Shown here one piece after another: positions 48,741 to 59,618 of a DNA stretch of 64,000 nucleotides. The number at the start of each line of letters is the position of its first letter. Positions within the stretch are counted from its first letter, which is position 1. Source of the stretch: Lama guanicoe (Eukaryota); the NCBI GenBank assembly GCA_013239625.1, contig MU054338.1:2358977-2422976 (forward strand), in the 5' to 3' direction. A program made the translations under genes and the position numbers. Under the pieces are notes generated by a model. That model saw nothing but the letters and a program-made list of their open reading frames with translations. It did no database searches and was not told the DNA's origin.

Positions 48741-49389
48741 GCCCAGCCAGGCTGTGGAGCTGCTACCTTCCTGGGTTCTGGTCGGACCTGTTAGGCCACA
48801 GGTATGACCTCAGCCTCCTACAGTCCCACAAAGCAGCCTCTACCAGGAAGAGCCCAAACCCCTCTACGTGAACAAACGCCCTAGGCTCCCATCTCTCCTG
48901 GTGGCCGCGACTCACTGGGAGACCTCAGCTCAGTACCCACCCTCTTTAGGCCTCAGTTTCCCCGCCAGCGCTCAGAAGGGGCAGAGCAGGGTCATCCCAC
49001 AGGTTCCCCTGCATCCTCCCTCCTCCCCCGACCCCTTCATACCATGTGCACACTTCCCCCTGCTGGTTGAAGTTGGCATTGCAACTTCATGTCGGAATTC
49101 CATCCCCAGTCACTTCTCCTTTCTGTACTTGGCATATTGTAGGGGTTTGCAACAATTTTGATGAGTGAACCACTGAATAGGTGGGAAAGTGAGTACATGA
49201 ATGACAGCACGTCTGGCTTGTGAGGCGACAGTGGACGTGCTCTTCTCCAAAGCCCCACATTTGAGTGCAGGGTCATCCAATGGGTATTAGGGAGCCACTG
49301 AGTGTTCTTGAGCAGAGCATGAATACGTGAGGTGGCTGGAGGAAGACCATATTTCCTGGGGTGGTTGCCCCCCTTCTTAGAGGGCTTTA

Positions 49390-49602
49390 AAGTGGGGTTT
49401 CTCAACCTCAGCACTATTGACACTTGGGGCCAGATTTTTGTCTGGCGGGGGATGCCCCTTCTGGACACTGTGGGGTGTTGAGTAGCATCCTTGGCCTCTG
49501 CCCACTCAGTGCCAATAGCGCCTCCCGTTGTGACAACCAAAACTGTCCCCAGACACTGCCAGAGGGTGGGGCACAAATCACCCTACAGTGAGAAGCACTG
49601 GT
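49390..49602. mobile_element. MER20 copy, closer to consensus
   Basis: GGGTTTCTCAACCTCAGCACTATTGACA...GTTGTGACAACCAAAA...GAGAAGCACTG. Confidence 0.85.
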
Positions 49603-51139
49603 ATAGAATGATGGGCGTGGGGTCAAATAGAGCCAAATCCAGCTCTTCAGCTTGGGCTTACCACTTGGCTTGTCTGGCTCAATTTTCTCAGCTGCAAAGT
49701 GGGTATGTGAATATCATGTGTAACAGTGGCTGGAGCCAAGCAAACACGCAATATATGTGAGTCAGGAGCCTCATTACCACAAATTTGACCCATTGATTCT
49801 ATAAATAAGGGCACTGAGGTCCTGTGGTGTTGAGTACAGGAATTCAGCGTGTTCTCCCAGCTTCAGTCACCTGCAGACCACTTGTCTGATTTTTCCAGAC
49901 CTACATCCCAATCAGTAACTCCTCCCCAGTAACTGCAGCTACAAACCCCTTCATGCACGTGGCAGTGAGGAATTTATGTTTTCCCTATGACTCATTAAAG
50001 CAAATACACATCTATTTAAAAAACATTTGACCTTCTACCTAAAATCGTTTTGTATGCCACCTGCTGGTGGCCCAATGTCACATCAAGAAAGGCTGAGCTT
50101 TCCCCTTTAGCCATGGGGTTCCAAGTAGGTCCTTAGAAGAGGGCCTCTGCAAAGTTTTATTGCCTTGGGGGGCCTTTGGAGACCCTTGAGTGGCTGATTC
50201 TGGCTGACTGGCGTCTCTAGACTAGTGTTTTGGGCATATCAGCAGTGCAGAGGCGTGAGAAGTCAACTTTGGGGATTTTGATTATATTGTCTGCCCTGTT
50301 CACTTGGCAAACTCTTACCTAACCTTCAAAACCCCAGCTACAATGCCCCCTCTCCAGGAAGCCTTCCCTGATACCCCAGTTTCCCCTCTATCTCCCACCT
50401 TCCCACAGTCTGGGGCTCCTCTCTACCCAGTCTTGACTGGATGAGGCTGGGGAGGGGGTGTCTATGCCCAGATTTGCCTCTTCAGCCTTGGCATGAGTGG
50501 GGCTCTGGAACTGCTGGGCCTCTGGGTCTTTTTTATTTTTTTAAGCGGGAAGGAATGTGTGGGTGGACCATTGGCTCCACCCACCCAGGTGATTTCCTCC
50601 CTCCCTCATTCCCAAGTGGAGGATGTCCTGGTCCTGTCCTTCCTAGATGGGGCTTCTGAGTAAGGAGAAGGAAGCCTGACCTTTACTCCCAGGATTCTAA
50701 AGAATTTCCCCCGCCCTCCCTGCCCCGCCTTCCCCAGCTGGGGCCCAGCCCAGTTCCAGGTGTGAAGACAGAGCTGAGTAGCCATGGATTCAGGCCAGGC
50801 CCCAGAGACCTTCAGAATGTCCCTGTCTCCCCTCTCTGGGCCTCAGTTTCCTCTCTCTAAAACAGGGTTAAAGTCCCCAAGATGTGGTGACTCGAGAAAT
50901 AAGAGCTCTGCGCTCCAGAGGTCTCCGGCCCTCGACTAGACTAGCTCCTTACCCAATAAGTCTCCCTACTGAATCTCAAAATGTGCCTGTTTTCGGGGAT
51001 GGGAGACCTTCCGAAGCACGGGCTCGGATCGAGCTGGGCCGAAATTCCCGCCGGGTCTTCCTTGCAGCCCAGCCTGGTGGGTCTCCAGTCTGGCCGCGGG
51101 TTGGTGCTCAGCTGGATGGAAAACCCGGCCTGGAGTTCC

Positions 51140-51520
51140 GACCCTAGGGCCAGGCTCCTGTGTTGGAGGTGGAGGGACGAAGGCGGCCTCCACGGCGTCC
51201 CGAAGGCGTGGCGGGGCGGGGGCGGGGCCGGGAGGGGACGCCGAGGAGGAAGAGGCGCAGGTGCAGCCCCGGGCGGCGGAGCGGGCGGGAGGAGGGCGAG
51301 AGCTGGGCACCTGCTTCGCTGCGACCCTCCCCAGCCTTCCCCTCCACGTCCGGGTGGGGACCAATCGACTGTTTCTAGGTCCCCCCGGGGCAGAGGCACT
51401 GGACAGACCCGGGGTGGACCATGGCGGTGAGATTCCAGGCGAGTAGCTCGTCGAGGGCGGGAGGGGGAGGGGACCGGACTGGGATCGGGGCTGGGACCTG
51501 GACCCAGGACCCCCGATCAC
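51140..51520 (+). promoter_or_regulatory. Second CpG island / alternative TJP3 promoter
   Basis: CpG-dense; tandem GC boxes GGCGGGGCGGGGCGGGGC at ~51210-51228; contains the alternative first exon. Confidence 0.75.
51421..51438 (+). CDS. TJP3: TJP3 alternative first coding exon (1b), MAVRFQ
   Basis: GACCATGG Kozak; ATG GCG GTG AGA TTC CAG then GCGAGT. Phase 0 join to exon 2 gives [13 protein letters not shown], like the human MAVRFQVADMEEL isoform as I recall it. Confidence 0.7.
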
Positions 51521-54500
51521 ATTCTGCTTAGGTTACAGATGGGGAAACTGAGGCCCAGAGGAATGTGGTAGCTAGCCCGAGGCCCCATGGGGAGAGGCGT
51601 CCGTATCCACTGGCTTCCAAATCTGCCTCCAGGGAGCTTCTTCTGTCCCAAGTCTGCCTCCCTTAGAAGGTAGACCTGGGTTCAAATCCCGATTTTTCTG
51701 TGTAACTTTGGACCAGAGAATCCATGCCTCTCCCAACCTCATCTATAAAGTGGTTGATTGTCATTTTATAGAAGGGCGTAGGGAGGGCTTGAAAGGTGTT
51801 GTAAGCACCTGGCGTATAGTAGGCGCCCAGTTCCCAAGGGGATGGGCTGAGTTCAGCTTGGCACTACTGGTGGAATGGTGGGCAGGGACTTAACTTCACT
51901 TGTGAGCTGGAGCAGCTTTGGCGAATGTGTCGAGATTGCGGGGGAGGGGCCCACCATTTATTGGCCCCCTACTGTTTGTAGAGCCGTTAACTTGCTCAAC
52001 CTGACAGAGATAGACGTCAAGAGCCCGTTCACACCCTGCAAGCTGCCAAGGCTGGGCAGGGCAGGGGCAGTGGATCCCCGCATCTCTGTCGGGGGACTTC
52101 ACCCTCCAGGGATGGAGCTTGACTCGACTCTGTCACACCCACCCTACTGGGTCTCAGATAGGGCCGCAGAGGGGTAGACGAGCCTGGGGATGTGTGGCTC
52201 GCCCTAGGCAGGACGCCTGAAGCTCTGGGGCTGGGCAGTTCTGGTTCCCGCCGCCTCCTTTCTGGCAGCAAGGAACAGCTCACAGAATCCCCTCCCCAAC
52301 TCGAGTATTTGGGGCCTCTTCCCCCCCCTCTCCATCCCCGCTGTTGTCCCAGAGGTAGGGGCTGGGAGGGGGAGACTGGACAGGAGCCTGGCAGCCATGT
52401 GCCCGGGACGGTGTGACTTGGTACGACCAGCCCCCTCTGGACGCTCTTCCTCTCCAGTGTTTGTGTTCCGCATGTGGCAGGGGGCGGGGAAGAAGGCCTG
52501 GCCCCACCCTCTCGGAGCTCACCTCGACGGGGAGGGACTGAGGGGGATGGGAACTCAGGACAGTACCTGGTTGAGTTCCTGGCCAAATCTGCCTTTTATT
52601 CCACCATTCATCCATTCCTCAAACACCCCTCGTGCTTGGTCCTATGGGGACAATGCTGGGGTCCCAGGGCTCCCAGCCCTGCCCACCAGGAATCCCCAGA
52701 TTGGAGAAGTGTAGGATAGACAGGTGGTCTGAGACATCCCAGGCCCCAATAATCAGGGACATAAAATGTGTGTAGAGGGGCACTGAAGACTCATTTCTTG
52801 GAGGAAGAGACAGTAGCACTGGGGCTGCGAAGGATGAATAAGAGTTTGCCTTGGAGTACAGTATGAGCAAAGGCCTGGAAAGGAGGCTGACTGGAAGACC
52901 CAAGAGGTGCCAGTGGTGCCGATGGTCATCACCGAAGTATCCAGAGAGACAGCCCCGCCCAGCCTTCACAGCCCAAGAGGAAAGACTGGAAACTCCCAAA
53001 ATGATGATTAAACAGGATAATTTAAGGTGGTTTTGGATGTGTGAACAAAACCTAATAAACAAAGCAGCAAGGAGTGGTAGGGTGCCAGGGAAGACAGGCT
53101 AATCAAGGAGGGCCCCCTGAGGAGGCAGCGTTTGCACTGAGACCCGAGTGGTGGGGGCAGCTGTGTGCATCCCGAGAGGGTGTCCAGGCACAGAGGGCAG
53201 CCAGGGAAAGGTTTGGAGGTGAACTAAGCCAAGGAGGGCTGTGGGGTTCGGTGTGTCCCCGACGGGTGTTGGAAAGCCCACCAGCATCCATGGAGGCGAG
53301 CCTGCACAAGCTGGGACCAGCCCGGGCCACCTGCACCTGCTCCCGCATGGGCTCCGGTTCCCTGGGGGCTATTTCTTAAAATAAGACCAGGAAATCAAAA
53401 TTCTAGGGGGCCATTTACTGACACCAAGGATAAAATCAAAGCAAGTGAAAAGACTGTTCTGAAAAATAAGTTCAGAGGGAAAAAAAAAAAAGGCAGAAGG
53501 ATGCTGTGGCTAGGTGGTGAAGAGCGAAGGTGTGAAACAGGCTGCCAAGGTTCTTACAGTGCTGTGTGACTTCCGGCAAGTGAACCTCTCTGGGCCTCCC
53601 CCCCACCCCGTAAGGCAGTAAGGCATGAATAGGAGCAGTGCCACTTCCTGTGGTCACTCAGGAGTAAATGAGCGGGTCTGTGCAAAGCACTCACTGGCAG
53701 CGCATGAAATAGCGTTGCTTATTCGTATTACGTAGAGGAGAAAGTTCGTTATTATTACTTCTCACAATGACCTCTGCTATCTCTCCCAGAGGCTCCTTCT
53801 GCTATTCATGTGTGACTCCACGCCCCTCTCCCACACCTCAGCCCTGAAAGACAGGACGGCGGGGGTGAGGGAGGTACCCATTTTCGAGATGGGGAAGCTG
53901 AGGCTGGGAGAGGCACCACCACAGCCAGCAAAGGGCAGACGGCAGGGTTGCAGTCCTGGTCAGGAGAGCTGACCTGGCTCCCGGGAGTGCTGGTGAGGCC
54001 CCGCCCTTGGCTTCGTTTCCCTCTTCTCCGCCCCACCCCCCTACTCCCAGGGAGTCTGGAATGCTGCTCTCCTGGGAAATTCTAAGAAAAGGCATAGGAA
54101 CACGGCACCGCAGGGAATGCCCCACCTCCACTGTGCAGAGCTGGGCAACCTGGCTGGGGAGAGGGCTTCACTTCTACAAGGCCCCCAGTGCAGGGGAGGG
54201 GTGGCAGGACAGCCCAGAGGAAGGTAAGGGATGGGTGGGGGCTGGCTTCCGCGGGGCTCCGAGTCCCCCCTTCTCCCAGCCTTTCCTGGCCGAGGGATTG
54301 AATCTATACCCTGAGCATGAAAATAACAGGGTCTACGGCCCCCGGCCCCACCCTCCGTCTGCTCCGTTGTCTTGGCCACTGACTTCCCCTCTCTGGGCCT
54401 CAGTTTCCTCATCTGTGACCTGGGGGTAATAGAATGTCCCTTCGTGAGCAGATGAAGTGAGATCTTACGTGTGAAGTGCCTGGCACAAAGGAAGCCCTTC

Positions 54501-54964
54501 ATTCATTCATTCATCCATCCCTTCATTCATTCATCCTTGGACTCAGGACTTGACTGTGAAGGAGGCAGACAGAAATCCCTGCCCTCTGACACGACATTCT
54601 AGGGAAGGAGCAGCAGTGACCAGATGGAAAAAAAATCTAGAGAATGTCAAGGGGTCCCAAGTTCTGTGAACTAGGAATCCGGGAAAGGTGGATCAACTGG
54701 CCCGTTGGAGGGGGCGGGTTTCAGGGAAGGTTGCAGTTCCAGACAGGGTGGTTGGGAGAAGGAGGTGAGGGAGCAAGCCAGGTGCAGATCTGGGGGAAGA
54801 GTTTCAGGCAGAGGAAGCAGCTGGTGCAAAAGCCCTGGGGCAGGACCGTGTTGGAGGAACAGTGAGGAGGCCGGTGTGTCTGGAGCAGAGTGTGCCTGCA
54901 GGCCTTGCTAGATCCCCCCGGGGACTGAGCCAGAACATCAGAGGGAAGGCAGCAAGCACTCACC

Positions 54965-55183
54965 GTTTCTCTGCTCCCGCTACCATTTGGCACTGTTAAC
55001 ATCTGCGGCCAGGTCATTCTTTGTGGTGGGGCCTGTACTGGGCACCAGAGGGGTGAGAGCAGCATCCCTGACCCCCAGCCACTCGATGCCAGGACCACCT
55101 CTCAGTTGTGACAACCACAGATATCCCCAGACATCACCAGTGTCCCCTGATGGGTAGAATGGTCTCCACCTGAGAACCACTGT
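54965..55183. mobile_element. MER20 copy
   Basis: TTGGCACTGTTAACAT...AGCAGCATCCCTG...GTTGTGACAACCACAGAT...GAGAACCACTG. Confidence 0.8.
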
Positions 55184-55355
55184 CTTAAGTCCATTTTGCA
55201 GATAAACAAACTGAGGTCTCAAGAGAGGTAGCAACTCGCCCACAGGCTTGGGCCATGGGAGTGTGAGAGCCGGGCTCCCCACCCAGGGTTGGGATCCCTG
55301 AATGCTGACAGACCTCAGGCCCACCTCCCCTGTCACCTCCCACCAGGTGCTGGAC

Positions 55356-55403
55356 ATGGAGGAGCTGACCATCTGGGAACAGCACACGGCCACGATCAGC
55401 AAG
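55356..55403 (+). CDS. TJP3: TJP3 exon 2 coding part ([16 protein letters not shown]); exon starts at 55347
   Basis: ZO-family N-terminus; acceptor CAG|GTGCTG at 55346/55347; donor AAG|GTGGGG. Confidence 0.96.
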
Positions 55404-55519
55404 GTGGGGCCTCCCTCTCCCTGCGTGGGTGTGGACGCGGATGGCGGCTGGGTCAACAGAGTGGCCAGCCTTTGTCCCAGGAGAAGCAAAATCATATTCC
55501 ATTTCCCCACCCACCCCAG

Positions 55520-55629
55520 GACCCCCGCCGAGGCTTTGGCATCGCAATCTCTGGTGGCCGAGACCGGTCCAGTGGATCCGTGGTTGTGTCCGATGTGGTG
55601 CCCGGAGGGCCGGCTGAGGGCCGGCTGCA
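55520..55629 (+). CDS. TJP3: TJP3 exon 3 (PDZ1: [15 protein letters not shown]...)
   Basis: GFGI carboxylate-binding loop; 110 nt; canonical sites. Confidence 0.96.
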
Positions 55630-56312
55630 GTGAGTGTCAAGGCAACTGGATTCTGGTGGGGGTGGGGGCGAGGCGGCATGTCAGGAGGAGGGGCCTGTGT
55701 GGACCAAAGCCAGGAGGCTGGAAAGTGCCTGGAGCCTTCTGGCTCTGTCAACACAGGGCTTGGAGCTGAAGGTCAGCTACCGGCCCCCACTCTCCTCAAG
55801 GCAGGTCCTAATCGTCCACTGAGTTCTCAGTGCCCGGATGGCCCCAGGACGCTCCTGGAATGAGAAGTCCTGGAAACCTGTTTTTGGCGGGAGGGTGGAA
55901 GACCCAGCGTCCTGAGCCCTCGGGGCAGGAGGTGCCTGGGAGTTATGTTGAGGAAAATGGTTCTGGGACTCCAGTGGCTGACAGGTGATAAGGCTCAGGT
56001 TCGAATCAGGGACCAGCTTGAGAGAGAGAGAGAGTATGAAACACAGACAGGGAGGGAAGGGGAGAAATGCAGAAAGAGGAGGCCTTATGTTCTGTGACTG
56101 CATTTTATTATGTGGCGTGTACGAGTGGCCCAATTGTACAGATGAGGAAACTGAGGCCAAGGAGGATAATTGTCTTCGTGAGCCTGGGGACACTGATGGA
56201 TTAGAGCCAGGCCTTGGAGACCTGGGGGCAGTGTCAGGGACTCTGGCAGAAGGCCTGGGGAGGGGGTCTCCTAGGTGAGACCTCCTCCCTGAGCCCTGGC
56301 CTCCTCCCTCAG

Positions 56313-56415
56313 GACAGGGGACCACATTGTCATGGTGAATGGGGTCTCCGTGGAGAATGTCACCTCCACCTTTGCCATTCAGATCCTCAAGACCTGCACA
56401 AAAGTGGCTAACATT
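56313..56415 (+). CDS. TJP3: TJP3 exon 4 (PDZ1: TGDHIVMVNGVSVEN...VANI)
   Basis: 103 nt; canonical sites; frame continuous. Confidence 0.96.
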
Positions 56416-56634
56416 GTGAGTGGGAGCTCAGGGGGAGGGGCATCCTCTGGCTCTAGGTGGGGTGGGCACCTTTGCACCCGGATGAGCCGCCCACCCCCTC
56501 AGTCCTGCTGTCCACGGGAATCTTGTACCCCTGTTGGATGTTGAGGCCCAGAGGGGCCGGGGTCCCCCAGGGCCACGTGGGGAATGGGGCAGAGCCTTGA
56601 GCTGCCCCTGTCCCATATCCACCTCCACTAACAG

Positions 56635-56983
56635 ACGGTGAAGCGTCCCCGAAGGATCCAGCTGCCTGCCACCAAGGCCAGCGCCCCTGGCCTGGGACAC
56701 CAGGACTCGGAAGAGGAGGATGGGCCGAGGCGGCTGGAGGAGGCTGACCACGGCCTGGGCTATGACGGTGACACGTCCAGTGGCTCTGGCCACTCCTGGG
56801 GTGAGCGCTCCCGCCGGCTGAGGACGGGCCGCCGGGGCCGGGCCGGCAGCCACGGGCGCAGGAGCCCCGGCGGCTCCGAGGCCAACGGGCTGGCCCTGGT
56901 GTCCGGCTTCAAGCGGTTGCCGCGGCAGGATGTGCAGATGCGGCCTGTGAAGTCTGTGCTGGTGCGGAGGAGAGAGAGTGACG
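56635..56983 (+). CDS. TJP3: TJP3 exon 5 (acidic/basic linker into PDZ2)
   Basis: TVKRPRRIQLPATKAS...NGLALVSGFKRLPRQDVQMRPVKSVLVRRRESD; 349 nt. Confidence 0.96.
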
Positions 56984-57072
56984 GTGAGCAGCAGGGCCGC
57001 GTGGTGGCAGGGGGGCTCGGCTGCCCCGGAAAGGGTGCCACTGCTGCCCCGACAGCCAGTCCCCTTATGGTG

Positions 57073-57510
57073 TGTGGTCCGCAGGATAGCAGCCCTCAAG
57101 GATGACCATGTCCTGGTCCCTGGGACATGTCACCTCACGTGGCAAAGGGGACTTTGCAGATGGGAATATATTCAGGAATTGAGATGGGAGATGCTCTTGG
57201 GGTCTCGGCGGGGGTGGCCGTGTCCTCACAGAGTCCTCATCAGAGGGAGGCGGGAGGTCAGAGTCAGAGAGAGACGGGGATGCTGCGCTGCTGGCAGTGA
57301 GAATGGAGGGAGGGGCCGCGAGCCAGGGATGCGGCGCCTCTGGAAGCTGGAAGAGGCAGGAGCCGGTTCTCCCTCGGAGCCTCCGGAGGGACCAGCCCCG
57401 CCCAGGCCTGGTCTTTAGCCCCATGAGACCCGAGTGAGATAACACATTTGTATTGTTTTACAGCCACTGTTTGTGGCAATTTGTTACAGCAACGACAGGA
57501 CACTCACACA
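57073..57510 (+). mobile_element. MLT1D-type MaLR solo LTR, copy 2
   Basis: TGTGG start; GGCAAAGGGGACTTTGCAGATG; TTTGTGGCAATTTGTTACAGC end. Confidence 0.8.
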
Positions 57511-57809
57511 GTGTGACATCGGTAGTGTCACAGCACGAGGAGGTGTAGGGCAGTAGAGACCTGACCTCTGTCCCCGTCTTGATTCAATGGCAGCATCGTG
57601 ACCTTGGAATTTTGGTCATGATGTGACCAAGGGCACTGGGACACCTACTCCACACTGTAACTTTAAGAACAACAGTCACATCCCAGAAACTCTACTCATG
57701 AGGGGCGGTGACCTCAAAGCCCCTATGATGATGGCATCAGGTGTCCGGAAGGGGTGACCTAGGCTCTCCTCCTTCTCAGTCACCTGCTGCTGACTTGCGT
57801 GCAGTGCTG

Positions 57810-58095
57810 TCAGGTTCCCTGCCCCAGGGCCTTTGCGTGACCTGTCCCCCCACCCCTAACCTGAAACACCCTTCCCAAGGCCTACCCAGGGTTTACTGCC
57901 TGCTTCATCCAAGACCCGACTCAGACATCACCCCTTCGAGACAGGCCGTTTCCCCACGGCCTTGCCCAAAACTGCCCCTCCGAGGCTACTCTCCCACATC
58001 CCCGGCTTTCCTCGTCTTCCCAGCACTTAGCACCACCTGGTGCTTATGTGTTGCATCCCCCCAGCTGCAGGGGGACAGGTCCGCTTTGTCACCCA
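57810..58095 (+). mobile_element. L2 3' fragment resembling 17761-18040
   Basis: CCCCAGGGCCTTTGC...; colinear with the 17.76-18.04 kb segment. Confidence 0.65.
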
Positions 58096-58283
58096 CAGAC
58101 AGGGGCAGAGCCTAAAGGGGCAGTTGGCTGTCAGTGTCAGAACCCCAGTGTGACTGGGAGGGAGTCCAGCCTGCCCCCTCCCTGTGAACAGTAGCCCAGA
58201 AGATGGGATGGTGAGAAGGCTGAGACCCAAGAGTCCCCAGCAGCCCAGACGCAGGCCCTGCCTCAGTTTCCCTCCTCACACAG

Positions 58284-58387
58284 AGTTCGGGATCAAACTG
58301 GGCAGTCAGATCTTCATCAAGCACATCACAGATTCGGGCCTGGCTGCCCGGAACCGCGGGCTGCAGGAAGGAGACCTCATCCTACAG
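58284..58387 (+). CDS. TJP3: TJP3 exon 6 (PDZ2: EFGIKLGSQIFIKHITDSGLAARNRGLQEGDLILQ)
   Basis: 104 nt; canonical sites. Confidence 0.96.
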
Positions 58388-58579
58388 GTGAGCCCAGGCT
58401 TTGCATCCAGGGCCGGGGAGACTGAGGCCAGGGGGTAACAGTGCTACTGAGTCCCACAGCAGGGTCTGCCGAGCTGGCCCTGAGCTACTGGCCTTCTGCA
58501 CTGTTGCCTGTTTCCCAAATGGCTGGATATGGCTACACAGGGGTTTCCCCACTTCCCCTGATCTGCTGCTAATCCACTA

Positions 58580-59412
58580 CCAAATGTCGGTTTCTAGGAC
58601 CCCCTTTGGGTTGTCTGTTTCTAGTATCCTCAGAATCATATGGCCAGCTGGCTACAGCACTGATTCATGGGCCTGTCTTATGTGGCCAGATGCTAGTGGT
58701 CCAGAGACCAGGCTGCAAGGAGCAGCTCCATCTTAACGCTTGATTTCTAGACAACACCCCTCCCCGGCGCCTGACAATCTGCTTCTACTGATTCTTAGTG
58801 TTTGTTTCCAGATCACTTCCGGTTGATTGTTTCTAGAGTCCCCTCAGAGTTGTCTGTTTCTAGTGACCCCGAGGAGTTGTCTGTTTCTCATAGTTTGGGG
58901 CTGACACTAGAAACAGAGCTTGGGGTTCAGGAAGGCTAGAAACTCACAATCCCCAGGGCTGCTGAAAACAGACATTCCCAAGGGAAAATGTTAGCCATAG
59001 ATTCCTGGTGAATGGAGGTGACGTTAAATCCTTCCTAGGAATTGTATGTTTCTAATCCACTTCTAGATGTTTCTAGTACTGCCTAGAGATTGTCTATTTG
59101 TAGTATCTAAGTACTTGCTCCCTCTCCCCCAGTTAAAGTCATTTCTAATATCTGTTCCTAGTGTCTCCTGAGAAATTCCCCTTCAGGGGAGATGAGAGTC
59201 AACCCATTTTAAAATTTTCCCTAGGGCCCCCCACCCCCTCTTAGGAAATTGTCTGTTTCTAGAATTCTTGTGGAGGTCAGTTTTTGAAGGCATCCTCTCC
59301 TCTCACAGCAGGAATGCAATTCTATCATGCTATCTTGACAATGTTTTTAGTAACCCCTGAGGATTGTGTGTTTCTTGTCCCCCCACCAAGCTGTCTGTTT
59401 CTAGTATCCCCT
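58580..59412. repeat. Degenerate array of a TTGTCTGTTTCTAG(TAYCCC) motif
   Basis: About 15 copies of TTTCTAG or single-mismatch variants, mostly in TTGTCTG context, in TJP3 intron 6. Confidence 0.7.
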
Positions 59413-59458
59413 ATCTTTCATGAACTTACTTCCTCTCTTCCTTCTTGATTCCTTTTAG

Positions 59459-59618
59459 ATCAACGGGGTGTCCAGTGAGAATCTGTCACTGAGTGACACA
59501 CGGCAACTGATCGAGAAGTCGGAAGGGAAGCTGACTCTTCTGGTGCTCAGGGACCAAGGGCAGTTCCTGGTGAATATCCCTCCGGCCGTCAGTGACAGTG
59601 ACAGCTCCCTCCTAGAGG
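59459..59618 (+). CDS. TJP3: TJP3 exon 7 ([25 protein letters not shown]...SDSSLLE)
   Basis: 160 nt; canonical sites. Confidence 0.96.

Noticed and set aside
58580..59412. CRISPR-like repeat-spacer array
   Set aside because: Mammalian intron; repeats are short and degenerate with irregular spacing; no cas genes
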